This document shows positions 1 through 9,096 of a stretch of DNA of 64,000 nucleotides, piece by piece; the first letter of the stretch is position 1; each line of letters starts with the position of its first letter. The translations under genes and the position numbers were made by a program. Source of the DNA: Candidatus Iainarchaeum sp. (lineage in GTDB: Archaea; Iainarchaeota; Iainarchaeia; Iainarchaeales; DTGL01). Location of the stretch: positions 1 through 64,000 of the forward strand of contig JAOAJX010000006.1 of assembly GCA_026413945.1 (NCBI GenBank), written 5' to 3'. The notes under the pieces were generated by a model. It was not told where the DNA came from. It searched no databases and saw only the letters and a list, made by a program, of their open reading frames with translations.

Positions 1-175
1 TTACTGTTGCTGTTATTGTGTTGCTCTGGTTCCTTGTGAGATCTCCCGAGGTTATTTGAACAGTTGGTCTTGTGCTGGCAGCAGATGAAACTAATGGCAA
101 AAAGGTCAGAAAGAACACTACTAAAGCAATTGAAAAAAATTTACCTAGCTTTCTTTCTCCATAGTTAGATGACAT
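1..175 (-). CDS. Secreted/surface protein, 5' part only (runs off the window start)
   Basis: Manual translation from ATG at 175: MSSNYGERKLGKFFSIALVVFFLTFLPLVSSAASTRPTVQITSGDLTRNQSNTITATV..., open to base 1. Sec-type signal peptide, GGTG upstream and a BRE/TATA at about 238-254. Not in the ORF track. Confidence 0.75.
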   Translation of the reverse strand, partial: MSSNYGERKLGKFFSIALVVFFLTFLPLVSSAASTRPTVQITSGDLTRNQSNTITATV

Positions 176-237
176 AAAAAACACCGAGGCATTTTTTGCA
201 TAAAAATAACATAAATCACATGAATTATTATTTGGGA

Positions 238-254
238 TAATTTAAACCTTTCGC
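238..254 (-). promoter_or_regulatory. Archaeal BRE-TATA promoter for the minus-strand gene starting at 175
   Basis: The minus strand reads GCGAAAGGTTTAAATTA, matching purine-rich BRE + TTTAAA. Confidence 0.55.
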
Positions 255-394
255 AAGTTTTGCGAGTGCAGAAAGTAATAAAATTACTCTCAAGCCAATA
301 ATATTATGTTCTTTTTGGCTTATGTTAGGGCTTATTTGTCAATTATATCTCTTTTTTATTGCTTTTTTATTAGTAGATTATTAAAGTTAAAGAG

Positions 395-1351
395 GTGGCT
401 TTAATGCAAGGCACACTAGAATCTACAAGGGTTGGTTATGGCAGAGCAATGGAAAAACTCTCTAAAAGCAGAAAAGATATTGTTGTAATTGATGCAGACC
501 TTGCTGAGAGCACCCGTAGCATTATGTTCAAGAAGTACGCACCTGAAAGATTTTTCTATGCCGGCATCTGTGAGCAGAACGCTATTGGCCTTGCCGCAGG
601 CCTTGCGCTTTCTGGCAAAATGGTTTTTGTTTCAAGCTTTGCAATATTTATAACTGGGAGAGCTTGGGAAGTAATAAGGCAAAGTGTATGCTACAACAAT
701 GTTCCTGTAAAGATTGTTGGCTCACACGCAGGCATTCTTACAGGTAAAGATGGGCCAACTGCACATGCTACAGAAGACATCGCAATAATGCGCGTTTTGC
801 CGCGCATGAATGTCATTGTGCCAGCTGATTCTATTGAAGCCGAACACGCAACTCTTTTCTTAGCTGATTTTAATGAGCCATGCTACCTGCGCACAAATCG
901 CGAGGCAACGCCAGTTATTTTTGAGGAGCAAAACTACAAATTTGAATTTGGAAAGGCTTCTTTGCTTTGTGAAGGTTCTGATGTAACAATAATTGCCTGT
1001 GGCTCTTTGGTTCCTATTGCAATAGAGGCCTGTAAAGAGTTAGAAAAAAATGGCATTAAAGCAAGGGTTATAAACATGCCCACAATAAAGCCGCTTGACA
1101 GGAAGGCAGTAATAAAGGCAGCAAAAGAAACCGGTGCCATAATAACTGCAGAGGACCACCAGATTATTGGTGGCCTTGGAAGTGCTGTGGCTGAAGTTCT
1201 TGCCGAAGAAAAGCTTTGCGTTCCTTTTGAAAGAATAGGCCTTAATGGCTTTGCAGAAAGCGGTTCTCCAAAGGAACTCTATGAGAAGTATGGATTAAAT
1301 AAGGAAAGAATTAAAGCTACAGTTAAAAAAATTCTATGTTTTGCTCGCTAA
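395..1351 (+). CDS. Transketolase C-terminal subunit (pyrimidine-binding + C-terminal domains)
   Basis: DADLAEST, PERFFYAGICEQNAIGLAAGLA, GKDGPTAHATED, TIKPLD and AEDHQIIGGLGSAVAE motifs; 318 aa, typical of a split transketolase. Confidence 0.93.
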   Translation: MALMQGTLESTRVGYGRAMEKLSKSRKDIVVIDADLAESTRSIMFKKYAPERFFYAGICEQNAIGLAAGLALSGKMVFVSSFAIFITGRAWEVIRQSVCYNNVPVKIVGSHAGILTGKDGPTAHATEDIAIMRVLPRMNVIVPADSIEAEHATLFLADFNEPCYLRTNREATPVIFEEQNYKFEFGKASLLCEGSDVTIIACGSLVPIAIEACKELEKNGIKARVINMPTIKPLDRKAVIKAAKETGAIITAEDHQIIGGLGSAVAEVLAEEKLCVPFERIGLNGFAESGSPKELYEKYGLNKERIKATVKKILCFAR

Positions 1352-1394
1352 AAGAAAATTCTACACATTTAAAATGTTAGCTTGCAAATGAATA

Positions 1395-1408
1395 GAAAAC
1401 TTTATATA
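1395..1408 (+). promoter_or_regulatory. BRE-TATA promoter
   Basis: GAAAACTTTATATA, about 50 nt before GTG 1457; nearly identical to the element at 31158-31173. Confidence 0.6.
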
Positions 1409-1456
1409 GTAGTTTGGTTAAAATCTTTTAAGGTTTTTAAAGAGGGGGCATCGTTT

Positions 1457-3121
1457 GTGCTAAATAAATTTTTTACAATTCTAATTGTTTGTCTTTTTTT
1501 CGCTGGAGTGTCCGCTAACGTTTCAATCAGTATTGGTGGCACCAGCCCGGAACTTGGAAACATAAATTGCTTTGATTATTACAAGTTTTCTGAAGGTGTT
1601 GTTCTGGAAAATGTGTTTTTAGAGAATGACTCACTAAAGGGCGGTGATACTGTTGAATTAAATGCCGACATAGTAAACAACAATTCTTATGCTGTCGTGA
1701 ATTTGGACGTTGTTGCACAAGTTTACTTAAGGCCAAAAAACATTAGTGATGAACTGGAATATGGCAGCTATCTATTAGATGAATTCGTGGCTGAAGAAAA
1801 CATAAATCTTAAAGCTGGTGCTATTAGGCCGCTAAAGATAAGTTGGAAGATTCCCAAGAATACACCTAGTGGAAATTATTTTATAGCACTTTTCATAAAC
1901 GCAAATAAAAATCTGAGCATAAGCGGTCTTTCATTTTCAAATTACATTTTCTCAGCCACGGCATATTTTACAGTAGAAAACCAATCAGAAAAGTTTTTGC
2001 TTTTTGACTTACGTTCTATAAAGGTCAATGGTGAACAACAAAAGCTCAGGGAGATTTCAAAAACTCTCAATACTAATAGTGCCAATATTGAGATCTCACT
2101 TATTAACAATTCGTCCCAAGATATCGCAACGGATTTGGATTATGAGCTATACTGGTGGGACACGATTGCAAGCAGTAACAAAATATCAAAAGAGCAGGAA
2201 AAATTAACTATAAAGGCAAAGCAAAGCCACAAAATAACAAAAAAATATACAGATCTTGGGCCTGGCACATATGTTTTGAAAATAACTGCAAATTATGACG
2301 GCCAGAAAACAATGGCAAAGATAAGATTTTCAATAATTGGCGCAAAAGGCAAAATAATATATGCTGCACTCACAAAATTCCCATTAACTGAAAATTCGGA
2401 TTATTCCATATTTGCCTGCTTTACAAATGGTGCAGATTATCGCACTGATTTTAATGGTAAAGTCAAGGTTTCTTTATTAGACGAGAAAAGAAACAAGCTG
2501 GAAGAATTTGAATATGTTGGCACTATAAATCCAACTGTAATTGGCCAAAAACAAGATTTTACCGCAAAAAGCAGCTTTTATAAGGGATACTTAGTAGTGA
2601 AGATTATGGGTCCAAATGATGAATCGATGGAGGAAACCACCTTTGAGTATGACTTTGACAGGCTATATCCAAAAGTTGAAGCGATTGTGAGCAAAAAAAG
2701 CAATCGGGAGATCAAAGTTGAACTTACATCAGAGAGGTTACCAACTCCAAAACTTGATCTGGAAATAGTTGTTTATGACATACACGACAAAATCCTTCTA
2801 AAAAAGATTTTTGAAAAAACATCTGAGGCAATAATTGAGACTAACTTTAAACCTGGCCTATACACTTTAGAAATTGTCGGAAAAGATGAAAGGCAGGAAG
2901 TTGGGTTATATCATAGAGAAGATATTTTATTTGAGGAAATAAAAGGCCCAATAATAACGCCAAAACCACAAAGAACTTTGGCGCCTACAAAAACAGCCAT
3001 TGGAACACCAATCAAAGAAGAGTATGGAAAAATAGATTTACCTTTGGTGATTGGTTTAGTTGTTGGTATTTTTGTGATGGTTGCCGGAGTATTTATGCTT
3101 ATGAGAAGGAGGAGTAAATGA
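1457..3121 (+). CDS. Membrane-anchored Ig-like surface protein (paralog of 6977..8986)
   Basis: Start moved from 1382 to GTG 1457 (TATA and GAGGGGG upstream; gives signal peptide MLNKFFTILIVCLFFAGVSA). Beta-rich body with KIPKNTPSGNYFI, a P/T linker, a C-terminal TM helix and RRRSK. Confidence 0.75.
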   Translation: MLNKFFTILIVCLFFAGVSANVSISIGGTSPELGNINCFDYYKFSEGVVLENVFLENDSLKGGDTVELNADIVNNNSYAVVNLDVVAQVYLRPKNISDELEYGSYLLDEFVAEENINLKAGAIRPLKISWKIPKNTPSGNYFIALFINANKNLSISGLSFSNYIFSATAYFTVENQSEKFLLFDLRSIKVNGEQQKLREISKTLNTNSANIEISLINNSSQDIATDLDYELYWWDTIASSNKISKEQEKLTIKAKQSHKITKKYTDLGPGTYVLKITANYDGQKTMAKIRFSIIGAKGKIIYAALTKFPLTENSDYSIFACFTNGADYRTDFNGKVKVSLLDEKRNKLEEFEYVGTINPTVIGQKQDFTAKSSFYKGYLVVKIMGPNDESMEETTFEYDFDRLYPKVEAIVSKKSNREIKVELTSERLPTPKLDLEIVVYDIHDKILLKKIFEKTSEAIIETNFKPGLYTLEIVGKDERQEVGLYHREDILFEEIKGPIITPKPQRTLAPTKTAIGTPIKEEYGKIDLPLVIGLVVGIFVMVAGVFMLMRRRSK

Positions 3122-4140
3122 TGTATATGAAACTTTTTACATTGATTTTGTTTTCTACTTTGATACTAAATGCATATGCACAAACATATGTACCTGCACA
3201 AACATATGTACCAGCACCCATAAGATGGTTTACTTTTCATTATAGTTGCGGAACTTATGGATTTACAATTACTACAGGCATAAATTTTACAGACAATGTA
3301 AAGATAATAAAAAATGGGGAAATAATGGGCAATAATTTCAAAATGTTCCCTGGAGAAAGCTTTAGAGTTGAGACTATTGCAGATGCAAATCAAATCTCTT
3401 CTGGTGAGTGGTTCTTACCGGGTGGACCATCCAATTCTCCGCCGGTTAATTTAATGTCAATGTCTGATTTAAACAATCTATTAAGGGATATGAGCAAGAC
3501 GTGCAGTTTCCAAATAAGAAATTTGGGCACGGACCCGGGAGCAAGCTACTACGACAGCCGATTTAATAAGCTAACATATAAGTTACCAATAGTCTTAAAA
3601 TATTGGGTGCGGATGGCAGATGGTTATTGTTATGCGGGATTCCCCCCCAACTCCTACCAATCCTATGGTCAGAGAGAATGCAATCTTTACTCAAACTTAG
3701 GCATGCAAATAAATTGCGGATATGAAAAATCTCTAAGGGTCAGGGGGCCGATCAGCTGCTCGAATGATGTATGCACCGCTACTCAGGATGGAAACGCCAC
3801 AATTAGTGTCTCGGCGATACTTAAGTGTATCTCATATTTAGATAAATTATGGCAAACTCAAATTGCGCCATATCAGGAGGCCCAGCTTATGTTCCGTAGT
3901 GACCCAAAAGATGTTCAGTACTGGACTGGTAATTATAGGATAGAAATAGTATGTCCAAATAAGTGCACAGAGTTGGGTCGAGTAGAGTGCTACGATACAA
4001 ACACAATACGAGAGTGTAAACATTTAGTGGGCAACTGCTACAGCTGGTCATACAGCGACTGCAGTTATGGAAAGGTTTGTTATCAAAACAGCTGTGTCGA
4101 TGCAGACATTTTGAGTGTTGAAGATGTGGAAATACGTTAG
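3118..4140 (+). CDS. Secreted Cys-rich protein
   Basis: Signal peptide, many Cys and a C-terminal disulfide module (CPNKC...ECYD...C..W...CSYGKVCYQNSCV); ATGA overlap with the upstream gene. Confidence 0.75.
   Translation: MMYMKLFTLILFSTLILNAYAQTYVPAQTYVPAPIRWFTFHYSCGTYGFTITTGINFTDNVKIIKNGEIMGNNFKMFPGESFRVETIADANQISSGEWFLPGGPSNSPPVNLMSMSDLNNLLRDMSKTCSFQIRNLGTDPGASYYDSRFNKLTYKLPIVLKYWVRMADGYCYAGFPPNSYQSYGQRECNLYSNLGMQINCGYEKSLRVRGPISCSNDVCTATQDGNATISVSAILKCISYLDKLWQTQIAPYQEAQLMFRSDPKDVQYWTGNYRIEIVCPNKCTELGRVECYDTNTIRECKHLVGNCYSWSYSDCSYGKVCYQNSCVDADILSVEDVEIR
3178..3212 (+). repeat. 18-bp in-frame tandem duplication (AQTYVP x2)
   Basis: GCACAAACATATGTACC at 3178 and 3196. Confidence 0.85.
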
Positions 4141-4164
4141 TGAGAATTAACCTAGTGAGATAAG

Positions 4165-4632
4165 ATGTCAAATAAGTGGACTGTTTGCTGGCTAACCATT
4201 TTTTTTATCCTACTATTGTTAGTACCAACTTGCTTTGCAGGCATATACAAAGTATCAGCATATGTAAAAAATAAGATTGGAAACCCTGTTTTAACATCTG
4301 TTGACTTAACTTTGCGTGATCCTTACACTCTTGAAATCAAAGCATTTAAGACACAGTCAGTTTCGTTCAATCCTTATGAAAGAAAGCTTGTAGAGTTTGA
4401 ATTGGACAGTGTTGCGGAAAATATAGAGCCGGGAACATATTTGGCGGAAATATTTGCGCACCCCATAATTGGGATAGAGAGATATATAATCAACAATAAA
4501 TCTTCCAAGCACTTTTCAATACTTAGAGATCCGAAACCCATAGTTGCTTCAGAGCACACAACTGTCGCGATGGTTTCAATTATCTTAGTTTGCCTTGTTT
4601 TACAAAAAAAATTTGGCAAGAATGATAGTTAA
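4165..4632 (+). CDS. Small Ig-like surface protein with C-terminal TM/sorting-signal-like tail
   Basis: Signal peptide, one beta domain (EPGTYLAE), tail KHFSILRD..IVASEH-TM-KK similar to the 5334..6980 tail. Confidence 0.7.
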   Translation: MSNKWTVCWLTIFFILLLLVPTCFAGIYKVSAYVKNKIGNPVLTSVDLTLRDPYTLEIKAFKTQSVSFNPYERKLVEFELDSVAENIEPGTYLAEIFAHPIIGIERYIINNKSSKHFSILRDPKPIVASEHTTVAMVSIILVCLVLQKKFGKNDS

Positions 4633-5279
4633 TGAAAAGCTCAATTATTGCACCGAGCATCTTGAGTGCTGATTTTGGTAAGCTTAATGAGGAAATTGCT
4701 TCTGTAGATAATCATGCTGACCTAATCCATTGTGATGTCATGGACGGTTGCTTCGTGCCGAACATCACGTTTGGCAACGAGGTTATAAAAAACATTAAGT
4801 GCTCCAAGCCATTGGATGTGCATTTGATGATTGCGAGACCTGAAAAGCACATAGAGGCTTTTGCAAAATGCAATGAAATGGTTGAAATGATTTCTTTTCA
4901 TTTGGAAGCAACAAGGAAAGCTGAAGAAATTATAAAAGAGATTCGTGGCTTTGGGCTTAAGGCAGGAATTGCAATAAAACCTAGAACTCCTGCCAAAAAA
5001 ATTTTTCCCTTTTTGAAAAAAATTGATTTTGTGCTTGTTATGACTGTAGAGCCTGGTTTTGGTGGGCAAAAATTTATTGCAAAGATGATCCCCAAAATAG
5101 AAGAAATAAGAAAAAAAGCGCCTGAGATTGACATTGAGGTTGATGGCGGCATAAACGAGCAAACAGCACCTCTGGCTGTAAAAGCTGGCGCTAATATCCT
5201 TGTTTCTGGCTCGGCTATTTTTGCGCAAAAAGATAGAGAAGAAGCTATTTCACGCATAAAGACTGCAGCAGAGATTTAA
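4632..5279 (+). CDS. rpe: Ribulose-phosphate 3-epimerase
   Basis: IAPSILSADF, HCDVMDGCFVPNITFG, DVHLM, MTVEPGFGGQKF, EVDGGIN and LVSGSAIF motifs. Confidence 0.97.
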   Translation: MKSSIIAPSILSADFGKLNEEIASVDNHADLIHCDVMDGCFVPNITFGNEVIKNIKCSKPLDVHLMIARPEKHIEAFAKCNEMVEMISFHLEATRKAEEIIKEIRGFGLKAGIAIKPRTPAKKIFPFLKKIDFVLVMTVEPGFGGQKFIAKMIPKIEEIRKKAPEIDIEVDGGINEQTAPLAVKAGANILVSGSAIFAQKDREEAISRIKTAAEI

Positions 5280-5333
5280 GGGCACTGCAAAAAAATAAAT
5301 ATAAGTTTGTTAATATTTTGTCTGGTGGTATTT

Positions 5334-6980
5334 TTGCGCTCAAGTTTTGGCATGAGCTTATATGTAATATTTGCATCCTTTCTTGTAAGTTTGCCTATAA
5401 GTGTTTTTGCGGACTGTCTTTATGCAGGTCAAATTGTGCCACACCTTGGCATGGTGGACATTGACTGCGTCATGCTTCACAATACAAACCTTGAGTATAT
5501 AGAAAAATGCGGAAAGCTTGTATGCAAAGGCACGGAGCTCTACTTTGCCAATGAGAGGACTTTGCTTGGAACTGGCTTAAACAGAGTTTTCACCTGTGAT
5601 TCTGAAGCGCCTTATGGCCGATATCACCCATGGCATTTTCAGACAGCTGTTGCTGATGCAGTGTATAGCAATACAGAAACATGCCGGGGCTCAGAAATAG
5701 AGGTAACCTTGCCAAAGCAGTTTTCAATAGTTTGCATTGACGGCTCTGTTAGGACTGGCTACCCCACATTCTTTGTGGGAACGCGTGAGAATAATAATAA
5801 AGTAAATGTATTTGGGCACAATTGCAAAGGTGGATTTAGCTCCAAGCAATGCAACACACTTTTTGAATTTGGTGCAAACGCAAAAGTAATTATCCCTTTT
5901 GTGCCACTAGAACAAAAAACGCTTGATGTTTTTGCTGCAATGCAGACAAAATATGATTACCACATTACAGAAGCACATCTTCCTTTTGGAATAATACAGG
6001 GCGGCTGGCAAACAATAAAGCTGCTCGATCCAGATTTTAGCTTTTCAATTGATAAAGTTGAATATTGCGGTAGTGAGTCAATAGCAATCTCTGGGAAATC
6101 TACGTGTTGTGGGGAGCCGGGGACTAATGTCGAAATTGAAATAAAAAATGCTACTGGCAATGTTGTAAAGAGTGTTAGCACGAAAATTGATGCAAACGGT
6201 GTCTACAATGCTACGGTTTCCCTCTCAGGTCTTCCTTTTGGGAATTACAGTGTAGAGGCAAAAGCACCTTTAAACTCTAGATTTGACATCTGCAAGAAGA
6301 GTTTGTCTTTTAGAATTAGAAATTTCTCTTTGATGTTTGGCACATCAAGCGCAACTATTCCAACAGGCGGCTCTTTTAAGGTATCTGGTTATAGCATTTG
6401 TTGCACACAACCAGGCCAAAAGGTTAGGATTGAACTCAAACAAGGAAGCACAACAATATTTGGGCCTACAGATGCGGATGTCTTGACAAATGGATATTTT
6501 GAGAAGAACATAACACTACCATCTGGCGTTCTTGGAGAAATTGAGTTAATTGTGAGCACTCCAAGCACGCAGTCAGAGTGCAGAAAGCAAACAAAAATAG
6601 TTGCGTATTATCCTGAAAAAATAACAAATCTGCAGGCTGAAAACCTGAAAACAGGGGACAAAACTAAAGCGTTAGTTGAATGCACTGCTGACATGCCGAT
6701 GAAGTTGAAGGTTTACAGTCAAAATAATGAGCTTTTGGCCGAGCAATCATACACTTGCAACTCCGGAGTTATTGAGTTTGGGCCTGAGCTTGAGGAAGGT
6801 GTTTACAAAGTTGAAGCAATTGGGGAAATTGATTTCTGCCTTGAGTGCAGAGCTGAAAAGTACTTTTCAGTTCTAAGGCCTTCTGGCGAGATATATGCTG
6901 ATGAAAGTCACATTTTGCTAATCATATGTTGCGCTTTTGCCGCGCTTTTTATTGTGTCAAGGAAGAAGGTGAGAAAATGA
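5334..6980 (+). CDS. Cys-containing multi-Ig surface protein with C-terminal TM/sorting-signal-like tail
   Basis: Track ORF 5307..6980; TTG 5334 preferred (GGTGGT RBS). Signal peptide, two similar Ig repeats (ISGKSTCCGEPG / VSGYSICCTQPG), tail KYFSVLR..IYADESH-TM-RKKVRK. Confidence 0.72.
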   Translation: MRSSFGMSLYVIFASFLVSLPISVFADCLYAGQIVPHLGMVDIDCVMLHNTNLEYIEKCGKLVCKGTELYFANERTLLGTGLNRVFTCDSEAPYGRYHPWHFQTAVADAVYSNTETCRGSEIEVTLPKQFSIVCIDGSVRTGYPTFFVGTRENNNKVNVFGHNCKGGFSSKQCNTLFEFGANAKVIIPFVPLEQKTLDVFAAMQTKYDYHITEAHLPFGIIQGGWQTIKLLDPDFSFSIDKVEYCGSESIAISGKSTCCGEPGTNVEIEIKNATGNVVKSVSTKIDANGVYNATVSLSGLPFGNYSVEAKAPLNSRFDICKKSLSFRIRNFSLMFGTSSATIPTGGSFKVSGYSICCTQPGQKVRIELKQGSTTIFGPTDADVLTNGYFEKNITLPSGVLGEIELIVSTPSTQSECRKQTKIVAYYPEKITNLQAENLKTGDKTKALVECTADMPMKLKVYSQNNELLAEQSYTCNSGVIEFGPELEEGVYKVEAIGEIDFCLECRAEKYFSVLRPSGEIYADESHILLIICCAFAALFIVSRKKVRK

Positions 6981-8986
6981 AGCATACTGAAATATTAATC
7001 TTTTTTTTGCTCTTGTGTTGTTTTTCATTTGCTGCATGGGAAGCCGAGTTTTTCTGGGGAGGTCAAATTTTAGTGAAGCCAGACAAAATAAATGCAAATG
7101 CAGGTGATACTCTAAATGTTTCTGTTAAAATGGACAACCTTTCTGATGCGCCTTTCCCTGACGCTTACCTTGTTTTCCAGCTTGTGCATGTTTCAGACAC
7201 AAATGAATTTTTCTTCCATAGGGAAAACATAATTGCAGAGAAGGTTTCAGAAAGATATTATCTGCGAGGCAAAGAGTCAAGGACAGTGAATATAGAGCTT
7301 AAAATTCCGGAGCATGCGCCATCTGGCAATTATAGGATTGATGCTTACTTCAAAAACCCTCGAAGCTATGCTATTGGCGTGCCGCACATCTTTGTTTATC
7401 CTTACTCTGCATATCTTAAAGTAAAAAATTCCGGACAAGAGAGGAATGTGAGCATAGATAGAAACAGCACAGTTATCTGTGGGCCTCTTTCAGAACTTCA
7501 GTTTAAGCTTGACTGTTATTCCGGGCCTGTTGGCGTTATTGTTGAGCCAGACAAGGAGATTACCATAACAACTGTCGTGAAGAACAAATCAGCAACAGCT
7601 GAAGAAAACTTAAAGCTGCGCGTTGTATTTTACCACTATGATGATTCCTTGCAGGAGGCTGCTATTAAGGAATTCACTGTACCTATTGATAGAATAAACG
7701 CAAATTCCTCTTGGAAAAAAGATGTAAAAGTGCTTACTCCTTCAAAGCCTGGCGCTTACCCAATAAGGCTTGATGTTGTTGATTCAAAAGGGACTCTGCT
7801 TTCAACATTTAGGCACCGCGTGAATGTTTCCGGCTTAAGCTCGAGGTTTGTGTTTGCGTATGCTGACAAGATTTATTATAAAAAAGGAGATAAGGCAAAT
7901 ATCCTAGTTAAGTTTTTATCATCTTCTGATGCAAGAACTGAAGGCAAGGCAGATATTGAAGTTTATCTCATGAAAGCTGGAAAAAAGCTTTACACTGCAA
8001 AGAAAACAGTTGATCTTACACAACAGGTGCCAATAAGAACAGAGAAGTTTGCCTTTGATATTACAGAAGATCTTTCTGACTTTGTGCTTGGAGCAATATC
8101 AACAAACCATGAAAATGCTTCAATGGTGCTTGATTCATATGAACAGCCATATGTTTACGACAGGTTTTATGCTGCATTGTCTAAGCTCGAAATGAAAACA
8201 TACAGCGATGCTGCTTTTAGCAAAGAAGCCAACAACTTTTTGAAGGGCTCCCCCGTTTACATAAAAGTAAGGGCAGTTGATGAGAGAGGCAGCGAAGTCA
8301 CCGCTGAAGGAAAAATATTTTTTGAATCTTCAGGCATAAGCTTAGGGCCTTTTGAGCTGAAAAACAATTCATATGTTTTTGACCAGACTATTCCTGCCGG
8401 AGAATATAAGGTTAAATGTGAGGCACATAACCTTAAGGCAGAAAGTAAAATTGTTGTTCAGGAAATTTCAGGCTTGATTGTGAAAATCTATGGTGATGAA
8501 AAACTCACAATTGAAAAAAATGAGTTCAAGCGCGGCGAAACGATTTACTTCGCGGTTTATGCTGACAGCACTTCAGCTACAAAGCAGGAAGTTCCTGTGC
8601 AGTATTTTGTGAGAGGCGAAGGCTTTAATGTTGGGCCTTTTGCCTTTACAGGAAGCACTGCTTTCAAGCAGACATTGCCTGCTGGAAAATATGAAGCTGT
8701 ATTTTTCTCGGGAGATCTTGAGAGCAAGGCGAGCTTTTCTGTTACGGGCATAACTTCAATACCAACAACTCCAAAACAAACTCCGGGAAAAAAGCCTACT
8801 GGCTCTCCAATAGATGCTGGCAAGAAAACACCTTTGCCAACAAGCACTGAAAGAAGCACTGAAGGAGAAAAGCCCCTTAGCCTGCTTGGAATTCCTGTTT
8901 TCTTGATTGGCGGAATTTTGGCTTTCTTTGGAATTTTGGGGATTGGCTTATACATAATTAAGAAAAAGAAGGAATACATTAGGTAA
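6977..8986 (+). CDS. Membrane-anchored Ig-like surface protein (paralog of 1457..3121)
   Basis: Start ATG 6977 (AGGTGA RBS, ATGA overlap). Signal peptide, KIPEHAPSGNYRI, two C-terminal repeats (FLKGSPVYI..GPF..QTIPAGEY / FKRGETIYF..GPF..QTLPAGKY), P/T linker, TM + KKKK. Confidence 0.78.
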   Translation: MKHTEILIFFLLLCCFSFAAWEAEFFWGGQILVKPDKINANAGDTLNVSVKMDNLSDAPFPDAYLVFQLVHVSDTNEFFFHRENIIAEKVSERYYLRGKESRTVNIELKIPEHAPSGNYRIDAYFKNPRSYAIGVPHIFVYPYSAYLKVKNSGQERNVSIDRNSTVICGPLSELQFKLDCYSGPVGVIVEPDKEITITTVVKNKSATAEENLKLRVVFYHYDDSLQEAAIKEFTVPIDRINANSSWKKDVKVLTPSKPGAYPIRLDVVDSKGTLLSTFRHRVNVSGLSSRFVFAYADKIYYKKGDKANILVKFLSSSDARTEGKADIEVYLMKAGKKLYTAKKTVDLTQQVPIRTEKFAFDITEDLSDFVLGAISTNHENASMVLDSYEQPYVYDRFYAALSKLEMKTYSDAAFSKEANNFLKGSPVYIKVRAVDERGSEVTAEGKIFFESSGISLGPFELKNNSYVFDQTIPAGEYKVKCEAHNLKAESKIVVQEISGLIVKIYGDEKLTIEKNEFKRGETIYFAVYADSTSATKQEVPVQYFVRGEGFNVGPFAFTGSTAFKQTLPAGKYEAVFFSGDLESKASFSVTGITSIPTTPKQTPGKKPTGSPIDAGKKTPLPTSTERSTEGEKPLSLLGIPVFLIGGILAFFGILGIGLYIIKKKKEYIR

Positions 8987-9096
8987 AAAACTCTTCTTTT
9001 ATCTTGAAAGTTACGTTTAGGTAATATTATAAATGTTATTATAGAAAAGATTAATTATATTCGGTTAAAATCTTGTTAAAACAGGGGGGTAAAGAC

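Noticed and set aside
1382-1456. Track start of the 579-aa ORF
   Set aside because: Contains the BRE-TATA and RBS; the signal peptide begins at GTG 1457.
4100-4200. Possible split/frameshifted gene joining 3118..4140 and 4165..4632
   Set aside because: The second ORF has its own start and complete signal peptide, so they are treated as two genes.
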